From assembly GCA_964354685.1 (NCBI GenBank), contig CAYHAM010000002.1:71058-135057 (forward strand): a stretch of 64,000 bases of DNA. The letters are read 5' to 3'. Position 1 is the stretch's first letter. Each line of letters begins with the position of its first letter. Positions 9,689 to 18,397 of the stretch are shown here, one piece after another. The stretch is from an uncultured Methanosarcinales archaeon. GTDB taxonomy: Archaea; Nanobdellota; Nanobdellia; Woesearchaeales; JAGVZT01. The position numbers were made by a program, and so were the translations under genes. The notes beneath the pieces are model-generated. The model did not search any database. It worked only from the letters and a program-made list of their open reading frames with translations, and was not told the DNA's origin.

Positions 9689-9931
9689 TTACCTTAATCT
9701 TTTCTTTATTATCACAGCCAAGACAAAAACACACAGCATGGCTAGGATAGCAGTCACGCTTGAGAATTCAGGAACACACCCACAAGGAGGACCATCACAC
9801 GTCTGAGTGGGAGGAACGCATCCACCGTTACAGCCTCCATATCCGTCATTAACGCACGCACCAAAAACATTTGACGCACTTAACAATAAAACAGTTACAA
9901 GAATTATTAAAACCAAAGCACCTCTTTTCAT
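9689..9931 (-). CDS. Tiny secreted Cys-rich protein with PEF-CTERM-like sorting signal, paralog 2
   Basis: MKRGALVLIILVTVLLLSASNVFGA + CVNDGYGGCNGGCVPPTQTCDGPPCGC + VPEFSS + VTAILAMLCVFVLAVII + KKRLR. Confidence 0.7.
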   Translation of the reverse strand: MKRGALVLIILVTVLLLSASNVFGACVNDGYGGCNGGCVPPTQTCDGPPCGCVPEFSSVTAILAMLCVFVLAVIIKKRLR

Positions 9932-10017
9932 CTTAATGCCTCTTTAAAAGCTTTTATATATAAATCTTTTGAATTTTCAAGCAATATTTAAATATGTAAC
10001 TCCAATATTAAAAAAAT

Positions 10018-12381
10018 ATGAGAGTGGCACTATTTGCCCCAGAATTCCCTCCTAAGATTGGAGGCATGGAGAGATATGCATTTGAGCTAGCAAAAAGTCT
10101 CTCTAAAAACAACAAGGTTGGTGTTATAACAAGAGAAGATCATAAAAATATTGATTACAAAAAGCTTGGTTTAGCAAGTGTTAATGTTAAATGTTTACTA
10201 ACTTTAGATTTTGACCAAGATTTAGAGCTTGTTCTAGATTATTTAAAAAACAACAAAGCAGACATTTTACATATCAACAATGCAGGATTTTCTCCTGCCA
10301 TACCCAAGATAAAATCAAGACTTGATATCCCAGTTGTTGTTACAGTGCATGGAAAGGACTTCCTAAACTCTTTTATCTACACTAAACAAAATAAGAACAT
10401 AAGTAAAGATATACTGAATGCTGACAAAATAATAGCAGTTAGTAACTATGTAAAAAGCAGGATCATTAGACAAGATTTTGAGCCAGACAAGGTTGCTATT
10501 ATCTTACATGGCACAGATATTACCTTATTTAAACCCGAGAAAAAAGACACCAAATTGCTAAAAAAGCTTGGAATATCAGAACAAGACTTTGTTCTTTTAA
10601 CAGTTTCTAGGATTACAAAAAGAAAGGGGATAATACAAGTAATAAAACTCTTGCCAAACCTAATCAAAGAGACACCAAACCTAACATACCTTGTTATTGG
10701 TCCAACAAGAGAAACTGATTATTACAACACAGTAAAATTACTTGTTAAAAAATTAGGGTTAGAGAGGAATGTTATATTTACTGGTTATGTAAAAAATAAG
10801 GAGCTTCCCAAGTATTATAACCTATGTGATATATTTTTAATGCCAACCACAGAACCTTCTGAGGGAGACATAGAAGGCTTCGGGATTGTTTTTTTAGAGG
10901 CAAACTCTTGTGCAAAGCCTGTAATTGGCTCAAAAAATTCAGGTGCTGAAGATGCAATCATCAACGGAAAAACAGGTTTTTTAGTTAATATTAATAATGA
11001 AAAAGAAATAGAAAAAGTAATTATTAGATTATTAAAAAATAAAGAGCTAAGAGAAAAACTAGGAAAAGCAGGAAGAGCAAGGGTTATCAAAGAACTCAAT
11101 TGGAACAATGTGACTAAAAAAGTTTTAAATGTTTATAACAGTGTTATAAAACCCACCATCTACTTCAACAACTACATAATTCACAATGAACACTTTATTG
11201 GTGGTGCAAACCTCTACTACAACGAAGTCTCTCAAATTTTGAATAAACAAGGTTTTAATCACCTTAATTTTCATGATGTTCTAAACAATCCTGACATTAT
11301 TAAAAAGATAAAAAACAAAGACACAGTCATCACAAACTGCGGTCCTTATGCTTACATCTACCATTACTTAAGAAAAAAACACAATCTAAACTTTAGAATT
11401 GTCAGAGATGTTCAGGCAGCACTGTGGTCCGGTTATTTGCTCCAAGAAACTTTATGCTCAAAGATGCAGCAAGATAATGATATTATCTTATTCCCTTCAG
11501 AATACGCAAGACAGCTCTATATCAAGCTATTCCCACACATAAACAAAAACAACTCCTTTGTCTGCTACCCCTGCATGAAATTTTTTCCTAAAATTAAAAG
11601 GGTTAAAAAACCTTCTGATGGCTTGACTATTGGTTATCTTGGAAGAGTAAGTTATGAAAAAAACTTCAAACAATTGTTAGAGGCATTTGTTAATGTTTCT
11701 AAAAAAATAAACACAAAACTCTTAGTCGCAGGAAGAGTGGAAGACACAAGATTTATGCCAAACAATATCAAAAAAATGCTAAATGACAAAGGTATCAAAC
11801 CCAACAACTACACCCATATCAACAATGGGGGATATCTCTCATACAACAAGGTCTGGGAATTGCTACAAAAGATTGATTTACTAATCTTTCCATCAACAGC
11901 AAACGTAGAAACACTCGGACGGGTTATATTAGAAGCTGCTCATCTTAATATCCCAATTATAGCTGCTGAGCATGCTGCTTCTCCCGAACTTTCAGATAAA
12001 AAAAATCTTCTTAAAGTCAATTACTTTAAAAAAGCCAACAGTTTGGTGGGAACCTGTGCTCTTGGAAGTATTGATGTTGATGAGCTATGCAATAAAATAA
12101 CAAATCACAAAAAACTATCAAAAAACACCAATATTAACCAATACAAGGATCATGATAAAAAACTATTAAAGATAATTGATGGAAAACAAAAAACAGAGGC
12201 TTTTAAAAAATTAGATCCAAACATAGCTAACTTCATCACAAAACTCAATGTTGTTGGACTAGATGCAAGTGAAAACCTTATTGAAAAAACCATTCCCATC
12301 ATAAAAAACTTTGATTACAGAAGATTAAGCTATGCCAGAGTTGTGTGCAAAAAGATAAATTTCAAGCCTTATCTCTATTAA
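10018..12381 (+). CDS. Two-domain glycosyltransferase (tandem GT4-like GT-B domains)
   Basis: N-half: GT4 signature EGFGIVFLEANSCAKPVIGSKNSGAEDAIINGKTGFLV; C-half: second GT4-like region ETLGRVILEAAHLNIPIIAAEHAASPEL. Confidence 0.75.
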   Translation: MRVALFAPEFPPKIGGMERYAFELAKSLSKNNKVGVITREDHKNIDYKKLGLASVNVKCLLTLDFDQDLELVLDYLKNNKADILHINNAGFSPAIPKIKSRLDIPVVVTVHGKDFLNSFIYTKQNKNISKDILNADKIIAVSNYVKSRIIRQDFEPDKVAIILHGTDITLFKPEKKDTKLLKKLGISEQDFVLLTVSRITKRKGIIQVIKLLPNLIKETPNLTYLVIGPTRETDYYNTVKLLVKKLGLERNVIFTGYVKNKELPKYYNLCDIFLMPTTEPSEGDIEGFGIVFLEANSCAKPVIGSKNSGAEDAIINGKTGFLVNINNEKEIEKVIIRLLKNKELREKLGKAGRARVIKELNWNNVTKKVLNVYNSVIKPTIYFNNYIIHNEHFIGGANLYYNEVSQILNKQGFNHLNFHDVLNNPDIIKKIKNKDTVITNCGPYAYIYHYLRKKHNLNFRIVRDVQAALWSGYLLQETLCSKMQQDNDIILFPSEYARQLYIKLFPHINKNNSFVCYPCMKFFPKIKRVKKPSDGLTIGYLGRVSYEKNFKQLLEAFVNVSKKINTKLLVAGRVEDTRFMPNNIKKMLNDKGIKPNNYTHINNGGYLSYNKVWELLQKIDLLIFPSTANVETLGRVILEAAHLNIPIIAAEHAASPELSDKKNLLKVNYFKKANSLVGTCALGSIDVDELCNKITNHKKLSKNTNINQYKDHDKKLLKIIDGKQKTEAFKKLDPNIANFITKLNVVGLDASENLIEKTIPIIKNFDYRRLSYARVVCKKINFKPYLY

Positions 12382-12575
12382 TAGGTACCATGAATTGTAA
12401 CAGGTCTACCTTCTTCTGGATCTAGCCAAGCTGTTAAACCCTTTGCACTCTTTGATGCAACAATGCTTGCAACAGCAGCTGTACCAACAATTGCTCCAAC
12501 TGTTAGAACTGATTTTTTAGAGATCCTACCATTCTCTCTTTTCAAGAACAAACCTAGTTTTTCCTTTATACCCAT
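12378..12575 (-). CDS. Small hypothetical membrane protein (one TM helix)
   Basis: 65-aa ORF with hydrophobic VLTVGAIVGTAAVASIVA; overlaps GT4 stop; no homology recognised. Confidence 0.25.
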   Translation of the reverse strand: MGIKEKLGLFLKRENGRISKKSVLTVGAIVGTAAVASIVASKSAKGLTAWLDPEEGRPVTIHGTY

Positions 12576-12635
12576 TTGGTAACCTCTTTTTATACACTAA
12601 AAAACCTTTTATTAATAAAAGTTTCGATTTTTAAC

Positions 12636-12887
12636 TCAATGTTTAAACTCCTTAATAGCACTATTAATGACTCCAAGCATATAATTATGGAAAGCATATC
12701 CCAACTCTTTATTCACAATCCCTTTCTTTGGCTTTAAACTCACAATTACCTTGTCAAAAGGGTCTCCATCCAAAAAAACCCAGTTCTTTTTTGTAAAAAC
12801 CCTGACTGTTTGAAGTATTGCCAAGTAACCATAAAAGTGCGTATCTATAATAATCCTCACTTCACCATCTTTTATCTCAAGGCTCAT
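12636..12887 (-). CDS. Small hypothetical protein, paralogous to N-terminal half of 12877..13272
   Basis: Shared pattern Y-x-L-x2-V-x6-F-x9-GDP-x4-IV-x3-PK with upstream neighbour; same operon as prepilin peptidase. Confidence 0.45.
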   Translation of the reverse strand: MSLEIKDGEVRIIIDTHFYGYLAILQTVRVFTKKNWVFLDGDPFDKVIVSLKPKKGIVNKELGYAFHNYMLGVINSAIKEFKH

Positions 12888-13272
12888 CTGTCTCCTCCCA
12901 TGGCTTGTTTATACCATAAGGATCATCTAAATAGCCCTCTTCTAACTCAGGCTCCTGCTTTTTTAAGGCTCTTGAAACAATCTGCTTTTTGAGTTCTAAA
13001 CCCCCTTCTGATTCCACCTTGTGTGTCAATAAAACTATCAACAAATTGTCAAAGCTCCTCCCCAGCAGCTCAAGATCTAATTGCATTTTTGGCCTGAACT
13101 CGACAATTATCTCTTCTTCAGGGTCACCTCTTATCATGATAAATGACTGCTTCATAAAAGGCTCACAAGCCTTATAAACAACATCAAGAGGATAAACCCT
13201 TGGATTAAGAGAAACGAGAATACTCTCTTGCTGAATCTCTAAATTATTAACTATTGTAACCTTAAAGGTCAT
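12877..13272 (-). CDS. Small hypothetical protein (paralog pair with 12636..12887), acidic C-terminus
   Basis: IMIRGDPEEEIIVEFRPK vs VFLDGDPFDKVIVSLKPK; immediately downstream of the prepilin peptidase gene on the same strand. Confidence 0.45.
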   Translation of the reverse strand: MTFKVTIVNNLEIQQESILVSLNPRVYPLDVVYKACEPFMKQSFIMIRGDPEEEIIVEFRPKMQLDLELLGRSFDNLLIVLLTHKVESEGGLELKKQIVSRALKKQEPELEEGYLDDPYGINKPWEETDEP

Positions 13273-13309
13273 ATAAATCCACTCCCCAGTCGTAAAAGAA
13301 AGTTTTGTT

Positions 13310-14317
13310 TTATATAAATCTTTCTATGAGTGTTCTTAGAAAAACAAAGAGGTTACCTTGGCACACAATGGTTATCAAAACGCCCATAAATATAATCACA
13401 GCAAAAGGCAATGTTTCATGGATAATTACCCTTTTATCCTCTTTTATAATCTTTTTTATTTTATTAGGTGTAAGTGTAACTAGACCTTCCTTTGTCTGCA
13501 TAGCCATTCCAGGCTCAAGGTCTTTCGCATTCACTCTTCTTGTAAGAACCATGTCTCCAAACTCTTTTAAAACAATTATGCCAAGCAATATCACAAATAT
13601 AGCGACAAAATCCTTCCAAAAGCCTATTGTAAAAACATTACTGTAATCAAAAATCAGCCTAAACAATGAAAAGAGTAAACCGATTTTCAACTTGTCCCAA
13701 CCAAACCTTTCGATCACATAAAAAAGCAGAAAAATTGCAATTATACTTATAAAAAAATAGTTTGGAATTTTAATCAATGCAAGCAAGTTTCTAACCAACC
13801 AAGAAAACCCAAAAACCAGGAGAACTAGACCAATTAATGCCTTTGTTTCAAAAGCCTTCCTAAAACAATCTTTCTTCTGCTTTGTATTTGATTTTAACAA
13901 AACATAAAAAGCATAATAAACAAAAACAGGTGTAAATGTATTTATAAGAATAACAAAAGAAGGAAAATAATCAATATTCCCAAATTGATAAATTGACAAT
14001 GGAACAAGAGCTGAGAATGCAATAAACAGCTTTGCATCTGCAGGGCTCCAAAGATTCAACTCAAAAAATAAATATCCAAGCAATATGGCAAACAGAATAT
14101 TTGTAAAAAGAGTTGTATAATAAATAGGGTTTGGCAAAAGCCCAAGATAATTACCCAATAAAAACCTTATCAAGATTATTATCAAAGAAACAACTATTGC
14201 TGAAAAAACCCACTTGTTTCTTATCTTGCTAAACTTTATATCTTCATAAGTTGTTATTGCACCAAGCAATACAACAAAAATTATTGACAAAGCATCTACC
14301 ACCCATAGCATAAGCAA
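13310..14317 (-). CDS. Archaeal type IV prepilin/preflagellin peptidase (A24 family, PibD/FlaK/EppA-like) with extra C-terminal region
   Basis: Polytopic membrane protein with first catalytic Asp region TTYEDIKFSKIRNKW and second Asp motif NLWSPADAKLFIAF (G/A-x-GDxKL-like). Confidence 0.65.
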   Translation of the reverse strand: MLMLWVVDALSIIFVVLLGAITTYEDIKFSKIRNKWVFSAIVVSLIIILIRFLLGNYLGLLPNPIYYTTLFTNILFAILLGYLFFELNLWSPADAKLFIAFSALVPLSIYQFGNIDYFPSFVILINTFTPVFVYYAFYVLLKSNTKQKKDCFRKAFETKALIGLVLLVFGFSWLVRNLLALIKIPNYFFISIIAIFLLFYVIERFGWDKLKIGLLFSLFRLIFDYSNVFTIGFWKDFVAIFVILLGIIVLKEFGDMVLTRRVNAKDLEPGMAMQTKEGLVTLTPNKIKKIIKEDKRVIIHETLPFAVIIFMGVLITIVCQGNLFVFLRTLIERFI

Positions 14318-14382
14318 AAAAAGAAAGTTATAGATTTTTTAAATCTTTGCTTTTGGAGTATTTAACTATTTTATTATTAGAT

Positions 14383-14650
14383 TAAACACTCGCGAGGTTG
14401 CTACAAATTATTAAAATTTTATTACTAAAAATAACCTTCGCGGGGTTGCTTGTTATAACCTCATTATACGCAACCCCGTGGTGATAGGGTTCCTATCCTC
14501 TTCAGGAAGCAAGGAACCTCAGATAAGTACACGCTTGATATGTCAGAATACCAGAGGTATTCTGAGCATGATCAAAAACAATCTTTGTTGTTTTTGACAT
14601 AAGCAAGAGATATATCACTCGTGAATTATTTTAAAATTAAAAAGAAGATT
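14383..14650 (+). repeat. Copy 1 of a conserved structured intergenic element (hairpin gcggggttgc/gcaaccccgt + 50-nt conserved core + ACTCGTGAATT tail)
   Basis: Core gttcctat..ctcttcaggaagcaaggaacctcagataagtacacgcttgatatg is ~90% identical to 23607-23660; 3' end atcactcgtgaattattttaaaatt matches 23727-23750. Confidence 0.6.
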
Positions 14651-14687
14651 GTTATTGAAAATATTAATAAAGTAGAATTATAAAACA

Positions 14688-15119
14688 TCACTTACAATCA
14701 ATATCAATCCTGAAGTCTATGTTTCGTTCGGGGAAATACAGTTCTAAGCTTTTTGACACCACTTGGTTTGGTTGGATGTAACCAAGGCTTACAACATCAT
14801 AACTTATACCATCATTGCCTTTAAATAGTAATACCTCTGCATAACACTCTTTTTCAGTGGAAAATGTATGTTTAATATCAAAATTAATGAGAGTCTTTTC
14901 TCCCTCCTCCAACTCTAAGTTGGTAACAATTATCTTACCTAAGGGTCTGTTTTTGCACAGCAGAAGAATAATTATTATAAATCCGACAACAAAAACAATT
15001 GGAACAAATTTTTTATTAGAACTCTTGCTTTTCTTTACTATTTTTTTCCTAATGGTTTTTTTAATAGGCCTTTTACTTCTAGCTTTGTACCTCTTTTTTG
15101 CCATACTAAATCTACCCAA
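14688..15119 (-). CDS. Membrane protein with extremely basic N-terminal tail, one TM helix and ~90-aa external domain
   Basis: MGRFSMAKKRYKARSKRPIKKTIRKKIVKKSKSSNKK then FVPIVFVVGFIIIILLL. Confidence 0.5.
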   Translation of the reverse strand: MGRFSMAKKRYKARSKRPIKKTIRKKIVKKSKSSNKKFVPIVFVVGFIIIILLLCKNRPLGKIIVTNLELEEGEKTLINFDIKHTFSTEKECYAEVLLFKGNDGISYDVVSLGYIQPNQVVSKSLELYFPERNIDFRIDIDCK

Positions 15120-15211
15120 TATTTAAACTATTTAAAACTTTTTATTTTTGAAAACAAAAACTATATAAATCAAAAGCATATGAAACTTATTTAAATATAA
15201 AAAAGAGGGAT

Positions 15212-17827
15212 TTGATGAAAAATTTTTTTATATTAATGGTTATTTTCCTTGCAATAATTTCAACTGCTTCTTATGCAGCATTCTGGTGTCAATATAGAGT
15301 AAATGATGGAGAATGGGTTACAGGGCATAGTAGTAATACTGAATGTATTTATGAATTATACTGTGCCGAGGGGGATAAATATGACACAAGGATAAGGGAC
15401 ACAGGTACTACTCCTGACACATATCAAAGACTTGGCACACTATGGGGTGTAGCCAGAAGAGTAGGTACTGATGGCACTTGGGGTAATCAGACAGTACCCT
15501 CTTGCTGTAATGATGCAAATGATTGCTTATACGCAAGCAAGTGTTGGGATAATGGTTTAATTGCTGGAAGTATTCCTAACAGACACTACTGTAACAATGG
15601 AATATGGCAAGGAGGTGATGCTGGCTCTACTCGGTGCACAGCTATCAAAGGTTCTGGATATTGGGCTTTAGGAGGAGAGGTTGCTGCTAGCAACTGTTGT
15701 GGAGATGATACTAATGAGTTTCGTATAAGTGGAAGTGGCTACATAAGATGTTGTAATGCTTCCATTGATTGTGTTGATTCTACTGGGACTTGCAGGGATG
15801 GCACAGAGCTGTGTGGAGCTGATGGCAAGGGAGATGGTATTGACAATGATTGCAATGGACAAACAGATGAGATCTGCGAATGCAACCCAAGTGATACAAG
15901 ACAATGCGGCCCAAACACAGAAGATGGTCCATGCGAGTATGGCACACAAACCTGCCAGCCAGATGAGACATGGGGTGATTGCATAGGAGGAGTCTACCCT
16001 ATTAATGAGCTTTGTGTTAATGGAATTGATGATGATTGTGACAACTCCACAGACGAAGTAGAATGCTGTGGAAACGGAGATGATACAGACCCAGGTGAGG
16101 AGTGTGAACCTCCAAGCACATATTTATCATCATGTGACCAATATGGAGCAACATACTTACAAGATTCTTGTGACTATAAATGTGAATTACAGGATGGCAG
16201 CACTTGTGAATCTGGTTATGCTGGCTGCACATCATATTCTGGATGTGATGGAATAGCTCCTGAGACTTGTATAGACACTAAAACCATTTGCACAAGCGAC
16301 TGCCAATATGAAGAAAGGGATAACAACCAAAACTATTGTACTGACTCCACTGGATGTGTTCCTTTCAGTTGGATCCCATCTGGTGAAGATGGTGTTGGTG
16401 AATATGACTTTGTTGGAGATGTTGAATGCTGTGGAGATGACTTTGATGAATTTTCCACATATTACAATATGGGAGCAACTGGTGGTTGTAATGACATCAC
16501 AATTGAAGAATGCATAGGACTGCCAGATAACACAAGTGATATTGCTTGCTGTAATAATCAAACAGACTGTGTTTTCCAAAAAACTTGTTACCCAATTAGT
16601 AGTCTGCTTGATATTGATGGTGATCTTATAAATGGAGAGTTTTGTAGTCAAGTTGATGATACAGAATGGAAAGATTGTGATATAAGCCAAAACGCATGTG
16701 AAAACACTTGTGGTTATACTTATGTAATGGGAGGAGAAAATAACACTTTTGGTGAATATGATGAAGGAAGTTCAACAGAGTGCTGTGGTGATGATGCTGA
16801 TGAAAGTGTTAATTGGAGACAAGTAAGTAGCCAAACAAAATTCTCTGGTTATGAGGAGATCTACTCTAACCCAAGCGATAGAGCATGCTGCCAAAGCCCA
16901 AATAGCTGTGTTTTTAATGGAAAATGCTATATGGATGTAGATGATGTCAAAACCCTTTATGGAGTAACAGATGTATACGACTCTCCTTATAGAAACTTAT
17001 CTTACTTTGATTTAAATAATGATAGTGCGCTAGAAATGTGTGACCCTGGCAATTGGACAGATCCTTATGAATCTGAGGAAGGATGTGAAGATATGGGTGG
17101 TGTATGGATAAAAATTAATGGAGAAGATGTTTGCTATATTTATATCCCACCTGGACCTCCTAGCCCTCCTGAACCACCTGCACCCCAAGAGCCACCTGAT
17201 CCTAATAAACCCCAATACCCTGATCCACCCCCATCAGAGATTGCTGCAACATTCTATGGAAAAGTGGATAATATTGATGGCTTTAACATTAGTGGTGCTC
17301 TAGTTGAGTTTATAGGTACTTCTAAAATAATACCAGGAACAACAATCTGGTATTACACATATACAAATTCATCTGGTAATTACCTAATCTATGTTTTGGG
17401 TAATGCAACCTATGATATACTTGTTTCAAAGCAAGATTACCAATCTTCCTCAAAGATAATCCAATATATAAAAATACAAGATACAAAACAAGTAAACTTC
17501 ACATTAATTAGCTCTTATGAACAATGCACACAAGACTGCACATTCCAAGATGATGAGTATTGTCATGCAAGCTGTGATGGAAGGGTTGGTTGCCAATTTA
17601 ATAGCACTCAAACAAAGAACATCTGTAATGGAAAAGTGAGTGGATGGGTTGTTGACTATAATACAACCCATGAGATTATCTGTTGTGAAAGCTCACCTCA
17701 TGAAAAGAGATATTTACGAGTTGTGAAGATACAAACAGGTATTGATATTAAGAATATTGTGAGAATAATTAGATTGGTTATTCTAAGAGGCAAGCCAGCT
17801 AAGATGATAGTAGATACCTTTGGATAA
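15212..17827 (+). CDS. Large secreted Cys-rich protein with MopE-like putative metal-binding motifs, three CCGDD repeats, Pro-rich linker and C-terminal carboxypeptidase-regulatory-like beta-sandwich
   Basis: Signal peptide MMKNFFILMVIFLAIISTASYAA; GDGIDNDCNGQTDE and GIDDDCDNSTDE; NCCGDDTNEF / ECCGDDFDEF / ECCGDDADES; PPGPPSPPEPPAPQEPPDPNKPQYPDPPP; FYGKVDNIDGFNISGALVEF...NSSGNYLIYV. Confidence 0.7.
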   Translation: MMKNFFILMVIFLAIISTASYAAFWCQYRVNDGEWVTGHSSNTECIYELYCAEGDKYDTRIRDTGTTPDTYQRLGTLWGVARRVGTDGTWGNQTVPSCCNDANDCLYASKCWDNGLIAGSIPNRHYCNNGIWQGGDAGSTRCTAIKGSGYWALGGEVAASNCCGDDTNEFRISGSGYIRCCNASIDCVDSTGTCRDGTELCGADGKGDGIDNDCNGQTDEICECNPSDTRQCGPNTEDGPCEYGTQTCQPDETWGDCIGGVYPINELCVNGIDDDCDNSTDEVECCGNGDDTDPGEECEPPSTYLSSCDQYGATYLQDSCDYKCELQDGSTCESGYAGCTSYSGCDGIAPETCIDTKTICTSDCQYEERDNNQNYCTDSTGCVPFSWIPSGEDGVGEYDFVGDVECCGDDFDEFSTYYNMGATGGCNDITIEECIGLPDNTSDIACCNNQTDCVFQKTCYPISSLLDIDGDLINGEFCSQVDDTEWKDCDISQNACENTCGYTYVMGGENNTFGEYDEGSSTECCGDDADESVNWRQVSSQTKFSGYEEIYSNPSDRACCQSPNSCVFNGKCYMDVDDVKTLYGVTDVYDSPYRNLSYFDLNNDSALEMCDPGNWTDPYESEEGCEDMGGVWIKINGEDVCYIYIPPGPPSPPEPPAPQEPPDPNKPQYPDPPPSEIAATFYGKVDNIDGFNISGALVEFIGTSKIIPGTTIWYYTYTNSSGNYLIYVLGNATYDILVSKQDYQSSSKIIQYIKIQDTKQVNFTLISSYEQCTQDCTFQDDEYCHASCDGRVGCQFNSTQTKNICNGKVSGWVVDYNTTHEIICCESSPHEKRYLRVVKIQTGIDIKNIVRIIRLVILRGKPAKMIVDTFG

Positions 17828-17878
17828 GGACTTTTTCTAAAATATCAATTAACACAAAATTTATAAACCAACATATAT

Positions 17879-18397
17879 ATGAAAAGCATTATGAAAAAGG
17901 GGTACTTCTTTATGCTGGATGCATTTATATCAATGAGTATTATAGTTCTCAGCCTTATATTAATTTTATCATTCCACTCTTCAAAGCCATACCAAATGCA
18001 GGGGATATTCCTAGCACAAGACACCATGGACTTATTGGCCAAAACAAAAATATATGAGCTTGACAATGATTTTGTAATTAATCTCACCCTGGAAGGCAAT
18101 ATAACCAACACTGATTATTCATTGCTTGAACAAACAGCAGAGTTCTTTGTTACTAACCAAACAGAGCTTGCTCAAGATTTTATAATAAATGTCACTCAAA
18201 ATATGGTGTCTGACAAATACGGATTCGAGCTCAGAATTTACAATGACACAAATTTGTTTAATATAACAGTCACCCCTGGAATAAATCTACAAAATGAATC
18301 AAACATACTCTTAATCTCAAAAGAGATTGTTTCTGGTATGTTGGAAGATTACTCAACATGGGGACCAATGACAGCTGAGGTGAGAGTGTGGCAATAA
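17879..18397 (+). CDS. Archaeal type IV pilin-like protein (class III signal peptide)
   Basis: MKSIMKKG|YFFMLDAFISMSIIVLSLILILSF: KKG followed by a hydrophobic helix, typical PibD/EppA cleavage context. Confidence 0.6.
   Translation: MKSIMKKGYFFMLDAFISMSIIVLSLILILSFHSSKPYQMQGIFLAQDTMDLLAKTKIYELDNDFVINLTLEGNITNTDYSLLEQTAEFFVTNQTELAQDFIINVTQNMVSDKYGFELRIYNDTNLFNITVTPGINLQNESNILLISKEIVSGMLEDYSTWGPMTAEVRVWQ

Noticed and set aside
12810-13177. Plus-strand ORFs 12810..12992 and 12989..13177
   Set aside because: Antisense to the paralogous 83/131-aa gene pair in the prepilin peptidase operon. No features.
15668-17303. Multiple small ORFs on both strands inside the 871-aa Cys-rich gene
   Set aside because: Embedded in or antisense to a continuous 2.6-kb ORF with signal peptide and repeated motifs. 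Their compositions (His/Cys-rich nonsense) are typical of out-of-frame reads.
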